A stretch of 64,000 nt of DNA from Puccinia triticina (Eukaryota): assembly GCA_026914245.1 (NCBI GenBank), contig CP110440.1, forward strand, positions 2,170,001 to 2,234,000. Direction: 5' to 3'. A program made the translations under genes and the position numbers. The number at the start of each line of letters is the position of its first letter. The first letter of the stretch is position 1. The notes beneath the pieces were generated by a model, which was not told where the DNA came from, did no database searches, and worked only from the letters and a program-made list of their open reading frames with translations. Positions 24,824 through 36,620 of the stretch are shown here, one piece after another.

Positions 24824-27800
24824 TCCCGCCATGCTTCGATCCGGGAGGGTCGAAGCAGCCTGAGAAGAGGGCTTGATGCCGATTGTTTCCAGCGCTCGCC
24901 AAATGATTAAACGACCGACTGGTTTAGTCAGAAAATCTGCGGCATCCGACTCGGAGCGGATGTAGCTGAGTTGAATTAATCTTTGGACTACCAGCTCGCG
25001 GACAAAATGCAACCGGATTGACATGTGCTTTGTACGAAAGCTATTCTGCGAGGTTTCCGACTTTGCAAGGTCAATGGCTCCCCTGTTGTCGACTAGGACT
25101 TGAATGTTCATTAAGTTGTCCCGTATCTTGACTTCAGATATGAGGTTGGATAGCCAGGCGAGCTCCCGGCCCAAGTCCGACAAGGCCTTGTATTCGGCTT
25201 CCGTCGTTGACAAGGACACAGTCGCTTGCTTAGACGATTTCCAGGCAAGCAAGTGCGCTCCCGCCATGATGGCGAACCCAGTGGAGGATTGTCGTGTGTC
25301 GGGGCAGTTCCCCCAGTCCGCGTCGACGTAGGCTTTGATGGAATTGTCCGAGTTCTTGCGGTATGCGAGTCCGAGAGACTTGGTGCCGGCCAGGTAGCGA
25401 TAGACTTGAATAGCAGCATGATAGTGGGGCATACCAGGATTTTCCAGGTACTGGGATAAGGAACTGACAGCGTAGGCTATGTCAGGGCGCGTCAGCACGC
25501 TCAAGTAGTTCAGGGAGCCAATTAGCGCTCAAAAGTTAACGCCAGTTCTCTTGAAGTCTGCGATCTCCTGCTTTGAGGCTTTCTTGTTCGGACGTCGAGT
25601 TGATGAATTTCAAGACCGTTGTCGGCCGCAAAGGAAATGAGCATTCTGAGGGAGCAGGGTCGACCAGTTGGTGCATACCGAGCCTCATAGTTCAGGCCAT
25701 AGGTCTGCCTGAACCCCTGCGCGCATATGCGCGCTTTAAATTCAAGGACCTGGTTATCGGGACCGAGCTTTTTCCGGAAGGCCCAGGTTGCGGGTATCGG
25801 AGAGTCGTCTGAAGTCCGCATTCTTTAAATCCATACGTCGTGCTGGATCATGTTGGCCACTTCTTTCAGCTCGGCTTCTTTCCAGTCAAGCGACTCCGTT
25901 GAGCTCATTGCCTGTTTGTGGTTTTTCGGCTCAACCGTCACCATGGCATGATACATCTGACGCCTGGAGTACGACCTAATGTTGGCCGGATCTATATTGC
26001 TGTTGATTAGCAATGGATGACGGGGACCGATTACTTTCAGGCGAAGACGTTGTCTCGGTTCACTTGGGTGATCTTGACGGCTGCTTTCCTCCTGATCGAT
26101 TGCGGCCTCACTGCGGCAATCCTCCTGGTCCTCACTGTCATCATCGTCCAGTTGAGGTCCTGGAGGAAGATGATGGAGGATTTGAGCGAGATCAGTTTCT
26201 TCTTCCCTTGCTTCCTCATCAGCTTGTTGCTGGTTTTCGAGCTCTTCATCCTCACAGAAAGGGAGTGGATTGGCTTCGGTGAATGATGGCAGCTTGTTAA
26301 TCCCATAGACGTCGAAGCTTCTATTCAAGGCCGGACAGCTGGGAAACGTCCGCTCGTCGAAATATACTTGTTTTGAAGTCACAAACGACTTATCCTCCGG
26401 TTGAAAGATCCGATAAGCTGTGAAATCATTGTTGTAGCCGAGCATAATTCCGTCCCACGAAACTGAACCGAACTTGGAGCCCCGGTTTTGTTTTGGTTTT
26501 ACGATCCACGCCCGGCAGCCGAAAGGCCAAAAGAAGGACATATTCGGCTTGATTTTAAACATCAGCTCCATCGGAGACGCCCGGGATTTACTGAGAGAGG
26601 GCAGGCAATTGGTTGTCGCGGTTGCTGACTTCACCGCTTCTCCCCACCACTCCGGGGCCATGTTGGCCTGCATTAGCATCGTCCGGGTCATTTCAATCAC
26701 TGTTCGATTGGCGCGTTCGGCGAAACCGTTGTGTTGAGGTGTGTAGGGCGGCGAGACATTGTGCTGCACACCAGCGTCTTTGAGAATTTCGCTCAGGGCC
26801 TTGCTGACAAACTCGCCGCCGCCATCTGTTATCAGTTTCTTGATGCGGTTGCCAGTTTGGTTTTCAAAGAAGGCCTTGTACTGCAGTATGGCAGCAGAAG
26901 CGTCGCTTTTCTGCTTGAGTATCTCCGTGTGGATGTAGCCGGAGTACTGATCGACAAGCGTGAGAAAGTATCGAGCGCCGTTATTGGTTGCCGGTGTAAT
27001 GGGCCCGACTAAATCCCCGTGCACAACTTCAAGCTGGCTGGTGGTAGCCTTGAAGTGACTGTTGAACGGAAGACGCGGGATTTTGCCTTTCATGCAGGCT
27101 TCACACGCTCGCGTCGCCTCGTCCGGTAGTTGCTTTTCAATCATGACTTCAATCCGCTTGCGGCTGGCGTGGCCGAGTCTGCAGTGCCAGAGATCAAAGT
27201 TGCTTGGTTTGGCGGTCGGGGCCGCCTCAGTGAGATTAGCCATTGCCGCTCCTTCAGTTTTTTGAAGACCGACAATTTCAAAGATGGAGTTCGTTGTGTC
27301 GATGCTTATGGTGGTACGATCGTCGATCTTGACTTCGAAACCACTCGGGGCAGGTGAGATCACTGCCTTGTTCTCCATGAGTTGCGCGAACGAGATCAGG
27401 CTGCGAGAGAGGTTAGGAACATATAAAGCGTCCGTCAAGACGACCTTGGATCCATTTTCAAGAGTGAGGGTGGCGTTTCCTCTTGCGACCGCAAACAGTT
27501 CGTTCCGATCCCATTTGTTTCCAGTCGCTATACTGACTCTGACAGGTGTGGTCGTGCTAAACAGTTCTAAGGAGTTTAGCATGTGGTGACTAGCACCTGA
27601 GTCTAGCACCATGCTAAGGTGATTGTCCTTAGCGTTGGGTCCCGTTAAATAGCCAAAGGTTGGTCGGACTATGTTGGCTGACTCAGTAGGTTCAGATGCC
27701 GTAGTAGTGACCAGACCGGTTGGGGGGTTTTGTCGAGTCTTCTTGTACAACCCTGGATGTAAAGTCCAACAGTTTTCCTCAGTATGCGTGGTGGCAAGAG

Positions 27801-28560
27801 GATTATGTTGTTTGTTTGAACACGGGTGTGGATTGATGCGCCTCTTCTTTTGATTTCCGTTTTGACCGGATGAGGATTGAGCCTGAGTGTTCAAGGCAGT
27901 AGATGATCCAGTGGTCACTTCATCGTCTTGATTCATTGTTGCGGATACGGCGTCATGATGGGCGATGTCTCGGAGTTTAGCAATTATTTGCTTTGGATGC
28001 GAGAGCATGTCTGCGTTGCTGATTAGGGTCTCCATTAAAGAGGGTCGCTTGCGAGAGATTCTCGCGATAATGGTGCAACTAAGGATGGTACCAGGGACCT
28101 CCAAGCCCATAGCGGCGAATTCAGCTAGCATGGATTCTAGTTGAGTGATGTAGCGGTTGATATCGTCCTTATATTGAATATCTTCCCACTTCCTCCACGC
28201 GTGGTAGATGGCTAGAACTGACGCCGATGCATATTCGCCTTTCAACTCCTTCCATAGGGTGAAGGCGTCGGTGATGATGTGGTTGTAGATGTCATCTTCA
28301 ATGTGACCGCTGATGACTGCTGCAGCTCGCACATACTCCAGTTTCGCTTCGTCCGTGGCATTTTGGGGTAGAGGCTGCTCGATACATTTGAGGAGGCTCT
28401 TAACTACCAGGTACGTCTTCACTTTTCTCTGCCATATGGGAAAGTTCTTCCCATCGAACGTCGGACATTTGAACAAGTCACGATCGTCACTTGAGGTGGT
28501 GGTGGCGGAGCTTGTGGCGTTCGAAGTGGAGGCGGCAGGAGTTTGGCGAGTACCGGCCAT
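24710..28560 (-). pseudogene. Copia gag-pol polyprotein, broken
   Basis: VLDSGASHHM (PR), WHCRLGH..CEAC, HGDLVGP..TDGGGEF..NGFAERANR (IN), KARICAQG and HQLDV (RT N-term), YVDADWG..STTEAEY..VDNRGAI..ADFLTK (RNase H). Stop at 25825. The RT YVDD region is missing at about 25580. Confidence 0.93.
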
Positions 28561-28609
28561 GTCGTTCCGCTCTCAGTTCTGTTGGTGAGGTCGGGAGGTT
28601 CCGAGATTC

Positions 28610-28622
28610 GAGACTGTAAATC
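28610..28622 (-). promoter_or_regulatory. Primer-binding site complementary to a tRNA-Tyr(GTA) anticodon arm
   Basis: GATTTACAGTCTC abuts the 5' LTR. Its complement is GAGA-CTGTAAA-TC. Confidence 0.72.
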
Positions 28623-29419
28623 TAAAAGAATTCAGATGACTGAGATAATATTTCTTGTTAGGAAAAGGTCTATCTGACAATCTCAGAGACATAGAAGAAA
28701 AAGGAAACAAGAAGTATGTACCTGAGAGCGGAACTGTAGCCGGCTCTGGTATAAAGAAAACAAGTAGAAACTTTTGACTGTTATGCAGCTTTGACCACGA
28801 AATTGTGGTATGAACGGTCCTGCTTGAGGACAGCAGCTGAGACGGAAGTCAGCGCTTGGACTTCCCGGTGGGAAGCTAAATAACGGAGACAATTCTCTTA
28901 CGTTAGCTTGTTTAGGCTTGCGACCTTATAGTCCGCCGATACGAGTGCGCAGTGTGCCGTGATTGTTCGGGTCTGCTGTATTAACAGCACCTCACATCAG
29001 CTCTTGGCTACACTGGTTTATTGAACACTACATCGATGGACTTACCGCTTGTAGAGCTGGTGATCCTATCGATGAGGCTAGGGACGCTGAGGTCTGATTC
29101 GGCTTTGGGTGCGTGCTCGCTGAGACAGAAACAATTCCATTGTTTATCAGCGGTAGACCTCTCGGCTAAGGGCAATCCCAATGAGCATCACTCACCTGTT
29201 TGGTCGTGTGCTTCTGTTGGGATGCTTAGGCTCTTCGTCGGTTGTTGACGTGGCTATAGAATATGAACAGAGTTTCAGCTTTAGCTTACTCCTTCCGTCT
29301 GGGAGTCACATGCATATGCATGGACCTAAGGGATGCGCGGACTTACCGTTCCCCCTTGCGGGGTTAGGGTTTCGTTCCTTGCGCTTCCTTTGACCCGGGA
29401 CAAGCCCTAGGTCTTGACA
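28623..29419 (-). repeat. Copia 5' LTR (TG..TA)
   Basis: Starts TGTCAAGAC and ends CTTTTA on the minus strand. Confidence 0.95.
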
Positions 29420-30199
29420 GCCTACAAGACAGTGTATGGCTTGTGAGAATGCTGCCATGGCACTGGTCAAGTTGTTAGTATCGGGCCTTCGAGTAGTGTG
29501 TAGAAGTGGAGATAACATACAAGAGCATAAGAGCAGATGGGACCAAACTGTCGGCGCCACTCAGCACGAAAAACTTAGGACTCCAAGTTCACCGTGCGAA
29601 ATCCTTGAAGAGAGTGAAGCGACCGAAGAAGACTCCTGTTTGAGCTCTTCTTTGGCTGATCGAGTTCGCCATCAGCTTCATCCGAGTCGATCACTGTTGA
29701 CAAAGCCAAAGCCCTCGTGGTTCTCCTGTTGGCACCGTTTGACCAGGAGTCGATCCGAGCCAAGTCATATCTGCACTGATCTCCTCATCTGGGTCACCAT
29801 TTTGCGATGGTCTAGCCCCGGTGAGACGGTGGTCATCGAGAGTAACTGTGTTCGGAAACCTCGACTTCTTTTGGGGTTGAGCTTGAGTTTGAGGTGTACA
29901 GCTGGTCCAATCGGGCGGGTCGGAGTATTGCAGCTAACTTAACACAAGTCCTTGAAGGTACCCGAAGCAAAGAATGCCGCAAGAGTACCGGGGTCCATGA
30001 GCATAGGCGAAACCGAAACTGTTCTAAAACAGACCAGGAAGGCAGCTGTAGAAGAAAAGATCCGAGCGGCGTGTTTTAGACTAGGAGCGAACGTGTGATA
30101 TATAGAGGCGCGTCATCTCGGACAGACCTCCATCCTCACTTCCCACTCCGACAGTTTCTCGTGTTTCTGCGCTCCAGATTCGATATTTCTCTGACTCAC

Positions 30200-31177
30200 A
30201 GGAAATATTGGAAGGACGTGATGGAAGACAATTTTGATCTAATTAAGGTGTTTCGATGGGTTGATGATAACCTTTTTGTGAAAGGAGAACATTCCACGAC
30301 TGACATGGACGATATTGTGGCTTATTCAACACGATTGGGGGTCCAAACCAACAAGGAGAAATGTTCCGCCTTCTCCGAAGAACAGAAATTTATCGGATTT
30401 ATTTGGAATGGAAAGTACAAAACAGTTCGACTACCTGACGCGAAGCTTTTGAAAAGGGTCAATCAAGTTATGATTTTTCTAATCGAAGTACGGATTTTCT
30501 CTTACAACGAAGTGGAAATACTAGCGGGACGTTTAAATCACGTGGCCTACATATTACCTCAGCTGAAAGCCTATTTGAACAGCACATACAAATGGTTGGC
30601 GAACTGGCATTTTCATTACCCAAAAAGACCGGCCCCAGTGGAGGTACTTGAAGATCTGGAAATCTGGTATAATACACTTAAGTCTTTCGAACATACTAGG
30701 TTAATCCCGACAAGAGAACCGGTCAACATTGATTGGGTCGGAGATGCTAGCACTAGCTTTGGTATTGGTATCAAGATTGGTCGGTTGTTGAAATTGTTAC
30801 GTACCGGTTCCGAAGATAGAAAATACAATATCGCCTGGCTAGAGACGGTTGCTATCAGGTTGGGCATACTAATGCTGATTCATGAAAAACGTATTCAACA
30901 AGGGTCAAATCTGATAGTCTGGACAGACAACAACACAACCCTCGCCGTCATTGAAAACAAGAAATCCGGGGATGTGGCGGTGAATAACGAGTGGAAGGTG
31001 ATACAAGATCTGTTGTTGTTACACCAGATTGATCTAACAGCGAGAAGAGTAAAATCTGGCGATAACATGGCGGACGCCTTGTCACGAGGGATCAGGGGTC
31101 CACACAAAGAGAAAGATAGGGTCCTTTTTGCTATTCCCGATGATTTGGCAACTTTCTTCTACCACCCTTCCTCATAA
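30200..31177 (+). pseudogene. RT (C-terminal half) and RNase H
   Basis: FRWVDDNLF, WVGDASTSFGIG, IAWLETVAI, VWTDN, NMADALSRG. Confidence 0.9.
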
Positions 31178-31378
31178 ATACTTGCCCGTTCCTGCCTTCA
31201 ATGTTTTCATTGTTTATATTTCACACCTCATCCTAGAATTTCCTTTGTGGCGCTGCCCCCCTTTTTTAGTCTTTTTCTACTACACACCACCAAGAAACAC
31301 GTCTTCCGCTTACGCTCAACCCTTTCCAAACACGCAAATTGCGGGTCAACCCTTGTGTTTATTCCGAACACTGCTCCA

Positions 31379-32465
31379 ATGGAGGACCCAAGGTGGAAAT
31401 CTAAACTAAGCTGCTTTCTGATGGACGGGTCAGTCCCGAAGGAAGTAAGGCCGATAAACAAACACATTTTATCAGCCAGGGCGATGTCTACCTTGATTAG
31501 CTACAACTGCGCCGTGAAAAAATTCCTGGTGTTCAAGAAACAGACCTCCAACAAAGAAACAGACCTCCAACAAAGATTTTGTCCTCCCAATCTCCGGTGA
31601 CGACATTGAAGAATTCTGTTTTTGGGCCGGCCGCAACCTACACACAAACTGCCGCCATAAGATTAGCTCAAATTCGGTAAAAAAGTATTTGTTTGGCATT
31701 AAAGCCTGGCACGGTTTCCACAAGAAACCATTTCCTTGGGTCACCGGGAGGAGGATAGAATTGATCCTTTTAGCGTCCAGGAAGATCGATGCGACCTTGC
31801 CGCCGAAAGGACCGAAACCCGCGATAATGTTGAAGCATTTAGTCTGGATCGTGAACAAACTCTCCGTTGGTTCCGAAGAGGATAAGGCCATCTCGGACCT
31901 GGCGATAGTAGCCTTTTGGGGGATGGCACGGTTGGGGGAACTCACATACGGGATCCATACCGGTTACCTCGATATCCAACATTCCATCTTAACGAGCGAC
32001 GTTCGACAGGTCCAAACAGACGTCGGCCGCAACATGTACTTGACAGTTAGGAACGCTAAAACGGCTAAACCTGGCGTACCACAGAAACTGGTTTTACACA
32101 GTTTGAAGAACATGCTATTTCCGGTTGAAGCGATTGAACGCCGACTCCTGGAGGCGTTGGGCGCTACCACTTCTTTATTTGGATACTATCTTGACGGGGT
32201 GAGATACCATTTACAACGTGCAAGGTTGATCAGTCGGATTCAACACATACTCAAAGAAGGCCACTTCGAGGGTCTGATGGGCCATTCTTTCAGGGTGGGT
32301 GGAGCGTCATTGCGACACGCGTTAGGCGTTTCGACGGAGGACATTTGCAACCTAGGCCGCTGGAAGTCTTCTTGCTATTGTTTATACATTAGGAAGTACA
32401 CTGAAGTCGAAGTTGAGGACACCAAGTCCTTAGTTAGACACCTAGGAGAGATGTGGAAAGCTTGA
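31379..32465 (+). pseudogene. Tyrosine recombinase, frameshifted near 31570-31600
   Basis: ARLGE, AKTA, GHSFRVGGA, LGRW and LYIR supply the R-K-H-R-W-Y catalytic set. Confidence 0.92.
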
Positions 32466-33899
32466 TCTAGTAACTATGTGACTCTATTTTAAAGAGGATT
32501 TTTCCTTTGGATTATTTCTTTGTTTCAAATGGTTTTTCGAGTGTTGGGTATTTGCGCCGAGGGCTCAGGCTTGAAATTTAAAATTCTTTCACACTGAGTA
32601 TCAGGTGTTCGCCGCGCATACCCTCCTTGATTAGAGAAACAAATAATGGTTCATAAAAAGAACAATCTGCACTTGTTACGCTTCTAGCCTAAATTGAGTG
32701 GAACTCAATTTTCTCCCTAGACTCGGGTGGACTGAGAGACTTCCTTTCCGAATTCTCCTATACACCCTAGAGGGGGATAAAACTAATTCAAAACCAATTT
32801 TAATTCAGTTTTGTCCACCCTTGACACGAGTACTAGAAGTTAGTACCGATATGCAGAATGGACCCCTGGTGGGAGCGCTGTGGCTGGCGGCGAAGCCGCC
32901 CCTCCCGCAGGGAGGGACTTGTGCATTATCCCAAATCTTACGCGGGAGCAGAAAGTTCATTTGGCTGAGAGGTTTTTAAAAATTTTATAGCTCCTCCCCC
33001 AGCCTCTCCACCAATATGCCCTATCTGTACCCTATGCTACTTTTCTTTCTCTACATTTTGGTCAACTCAGATTTTTTCTATCTCAATCTGTTGACCTTTT
33101 CAAAAGATCAAAAATGCACAAGTCTTCCAAATGAGGCTCCACTTGTTTGGGACTCCAGGAGTTGTTTTTCTGGCTACAAGATAGATGAGTGGCTCAAATT
33201 CCTTGCAAGAACAGAACCTACAGCTCTGTGTATTCAGTTTTTCTATATTGGTTGGGATTTTTAGTGTAGCAGATCCTTTCTGCTCCTGCTTAAATCAAGA
33301 CATAACTCATAAGCCTCTCCTGCGGAGAGCCCTCCGGGCGGGGTCCCCCGGACCCTCCGCCCGAGAGGCTTTGTTAAGCTAGGTATTGCAGGGGATCAAG
33401 GAATCCATTCTGACCTAGACGCCGCGGGGATGTCTTTGGGTCTCCTTTTTCCGGCTGCGGGAGATAGTGCTGTGCATCACCCTTCATGCGAGAGTTCCAG
33501 CAGCTCTGGCTTCTTACCGCTCTGGACCCGCATCGCGCCGGCCTAACAGATATCTTAGCTCTGCTAACTCATCTTAACTGCTCACTTTTTGGGAGTCCCG
33601 AAAGCCAGGGAGTGGATTCCCAAGACTCTTGAGTGTGGGTCGGGGGGAGGTTATGTCCCCGATCCTCTGTACTAATCTCAAGTAATTCTCCTCTTGTCAT
33701 GAGTCCTCCCGGAAGGAAGACTCGACATGGAGAAGCCTCCGAGGGAGGAGAGAGCAGAGGATCGGATCCTCCCGGAACAGAAAGACACCCGAGGGTGTGA
33801 GGGCAAAGGCGCCAGACCCCTTTCTCCAGACTCGGAGAGTTTGGAGCCCGGCAACTGTGCCCTATCTGCAATTCCGACTGAGTTTGACGATTAGCGTCC

Positions 33900-35028
33900 T
33901 CAGATGAGGTTCTCGTAGTGAGGTGGGATATTCATTTCAATAGGTGTGACATAGTAGGATCGTCGATTACTGGGTCCAGCATTTGTAAAGTTCCCGGAGA
34001 ATCGTAACTTTGTCTTCCTCTTCTTCCTTGGAATAAGGGCAGATGTAGAGTTTGAAGCAGTCTGAGGTCCATCGACCGGATTGGCAGATAACGGACTACC
34101 CATGGAGTGTAGAAAGGAAGTCCCTCCGACCCTGAACGAGTGTCCTGAGATCCCGGAGCAGCCGTTGTTGTTCCAAAACTGGGATAGGGCTCGACAGGCC
34201 ATTGGTTTGGTTATGTGGATCCTAGTTTCTCCTTCCCAGTAACCGAAGAGTGAGGCGTCTCTCCTTTGGGCATTTTTGATTCTCCTCTCGAGGGCGAGTA
34301 TGGGGCAGAGCATGGTCTTCATGTTCGCGAGGTTGATCGTTTGGACTTCCCCTGGACTAGCAGTTTTAGCTCCTCTGACTTGGAGGATGGCTCTTTTTGA
34401 GGTTCCTGTTTCCCAAAACTCTACATCTCCGACTAAGACTGACGCCGATTGGCAGAGTGGTCCTACCCTGTCGTTGTAAGTTAGTTCACCTAAGCGTGCT
34501 ACTCCCCAGAAAGCCACTAAACATAAGTCTAGGAGGGCCTTTTGGAATTCCGTGCCGTTAATCCACGCATTAGTGATCATCACCAATTGTCTGATCATCA
34601 CTGCCTTCTTCTTGGGTTTGGATTTGGATTCTGCATCTATGTAGGCTGACGACCTGAGGAAGGTAGCAACTTTGCACTTGGAGGCGTAGGGATATTTTGC
34701 GTTGTGCATCATGTGCCAAATTTGCAGGCCTGAAATGTATTTGGCTAGGGTTACCGAAGAGACTTTTGTGAGGGCCGGGGGACTCAAAAGTTTGCCCTGC
34801 CCAGCAACAGAACGCGTATATGTCTTGCTCGGATAGGGGAAGTGAAAAGGGAGTGCGCTCGTTGCTCTCTGCAAATTTGACATACTTCTTCACGGCTGAG
34901 TTGTAGCATTTGAGGGTATTCCATTTATAGCCCAGTAGAAAGTGTTTGTCTTGGGTAGATAACTTTTGAGAGAATGAGCCTCTCTTGGCTAGGGCAGTTA
35001 AACTAGATAAGGTGTCTGATGTTGCCAT
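33900..35028 (-). pseudogene. Tyrosine recombinase, two frameshifts
   Basis: YNSAVKK, FWGVARLGELTY, AKTA, GHSFRVGG. Confidence 0.9.
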
Positions 35029-36112
35029 CTGGGTAAGAGGCTATTGCAAGGAGGTGGGGAGGCGCAAAAAGGAGAAGAGAGAGGATGGAGTCTTTTTATT
35101 AACCCCTGTAAAGGGGGAAGTTGCATTGGGATACAAAGTAGTTGCTCAATTAGTCTACTTGAAACACAAACAACTCTTGGGAAAATGTTTATCAAACCTG
35201 GAAAAGTCTGTTTTCCAGGTCCCAGGTGTGAGGACTCGGGTACTACTCAGTTCGCTATGTAAGGCTATGAAACTATCCAAGAGGATAGTTTGCCGATGCT
35301 TGAGTAATAACTAAGATTATAGTTCTATGCGATTGCAATAGAAGTAAGATTCACAATGGTAATGTAGTCTTTCCGAGAGGTTGGAGATTTCTCGGATACA
35401 CGAAGAAGATAGTAATGGATGAAATGAAAAAGAATATATTGATGGGGAAAAGAAGAGAAAGGGAAAAGAGGACAACATGAAAACCAAAGAAAGATAAAAA
35501 CAAGAATCCAAATCGAACCGACAAGGATCGTGAAAGAGATACGTCATGATCATTCGGATAAGCTCAATTAATCCACCATTAGGATTAGTAACCCAAAGCG
35601 CATGACAAGAGATTTGCCAACCGGCAAATTTGCCGGATGAATAAGCATTCCCCACCCAGTAACGAAAAACAAGACGTTACAAAATAAGCCTGACCTATTT
35701 CCCTGAAACCTCAACGTCAGTGCCCGATTTCGCATTTCTTACCTTCCGCTTCTTCTGCATTTCCGCTGTCCTACAAAAAGCCTGCAAAGAAGAATCAGCA
35801 GATACCGGGATATGATTCTCTGAAACCCATGTATCTTCCCCCGGAGTAGAACCTTTCCATGAAATGAGATAATCAAATTTGCCTTTCTTCGCGCTACAAA
35901 CATCTAAAACAGACCTGAATTTTGACCAATCCACCAACTGGCTGTCAGTATAATAGCGCTCCTTTATACCCAAATCAGCAGAACGCCCCTCCACAGAGTT
36001 AGGGCTGTTGAGTTGTCTGTTAGTCTGCTACCATGATGTATCACCACAGTATGGAGGGCTGTCGGATCGACCCATGAGCACTACCAACCAACCACCCAGC
36101 TGGCAGCCACAA

Positions 36113-36198
36113 GCGTCTGTAGCCTAGTTGGTAAAGGCAGCACTCTAGTATGTGTCTCAGCATAGCTGAGGTCGTGAGTTTGACTCTCACCAGACACA
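36113..36198 (+). ncRNA. tRNA-like module in TRIM 5' LTR (B box carries C>T)
   Basis: Acceptor GCGTCTG/CAGACAC, D arm GCCT-AGTTGGTAA-AGGC, T arm GTGAG-TTTGACT-CTCAC, TTTT about 7 nt downstream. Confidence 0.75.
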
Positions 36199-36534
36199 TC
36201 TTCATTTTACAGTCTCTACAGGTTATGAGCCCAGAGCTACCTGAGCGCTACTCGCTTACAATAGAGACTTGATGAATTTGTGAATGCTTACTTGTAAGAC
36301 CACGCAAACCCCTATAAGCCTACATCTAGATCACGGGTTCAATCCCTACGCTGATCATCTTTCCTGGGTCTCATTCCCACTCTCTCTTGGGGTCAATCCC
36401 CACTTCCCATCATGTAGCAAGGGGGGGTGTTGAGTTGTCTGTTAGTCTGCTACCATGATGTATCACCACAGTATGGAGGGCTGTCGGATCAACCCATGAG
36501 CACTACCAACCAACCACCCAGCTGGCAGCCACAA

Positions 36535-36620
36535 GCGTCTGTAGCCTAGTTGGTAAAGGCAGCACTCTAGTATGTGTCTCAGCATAGCTGAGGTCGTGAG
36601 TTCGACTCTCACCAGACACA
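36535..36620 (+). ncRNA. tRNA-like module in TRIM 3' LTR (intact A and B boxes)
   Basis: Same as above with T loop TTCGACT. The anticodon arm is irregular (Thr-AGT plus intron, or Leu-TAG plus long variable arm). Confidence 0.8.

Larger units (their letters stand above)
24027..29419 (-). mobile_element. Ty1/copia retrotransposon, RT core deleted
   Basis: 797-bp LTRs at 24027-24823 and 28623-29419, TSD GCCTA, domain order gag-PR-IN-RT-RH. Confidence 0.97.
23691..30000 (-). pseudogene. Uncharacterised intron-containing gene or fragment interrupted by the copia insertion
   Basis: GTATGT..TACTAAC..CAG intron at about 29465-29520. Sequence rejoins across the GCCTA TSD towards ORF 23691..23984. 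No recognisable domain. Confidence 0.3.
30200..32955 (+). mobile_element. YR retrotransposon copy 2, 5'-truncated within RT
   Basis: RT C-term/RNase H ORF, then tyrosine recombinase, then a hairpin-rich tail. Confidence 0.9.

Noticed and set aside
30095..32465. RT plus recombinase as a prokaryotic retron, DGR or integron
   Set aside because: The gag-RT-RNaseH-YR layout is that of eukaryotic YR retrotransposons.
32886..32900. GGCGGC-GAA-GCCGCC as a third Helitron end
   Set aside because: No CTRR follows; it fits the YR terminal module better.
33300..33900. Hammerhead or HDV-like ribozyme in the hairpin-rich YR tail
   Set aside because: No CUGANGA..GAAA core or HDV pseudoknot found by eye. 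An Infernal search is needed to exclude it.
36535..36620. Functional decoding tRNA gene
   Set aside because: The anticodon stem cannot be folded canonically and the module is part of an LTR. Kept as tRNA-like only.
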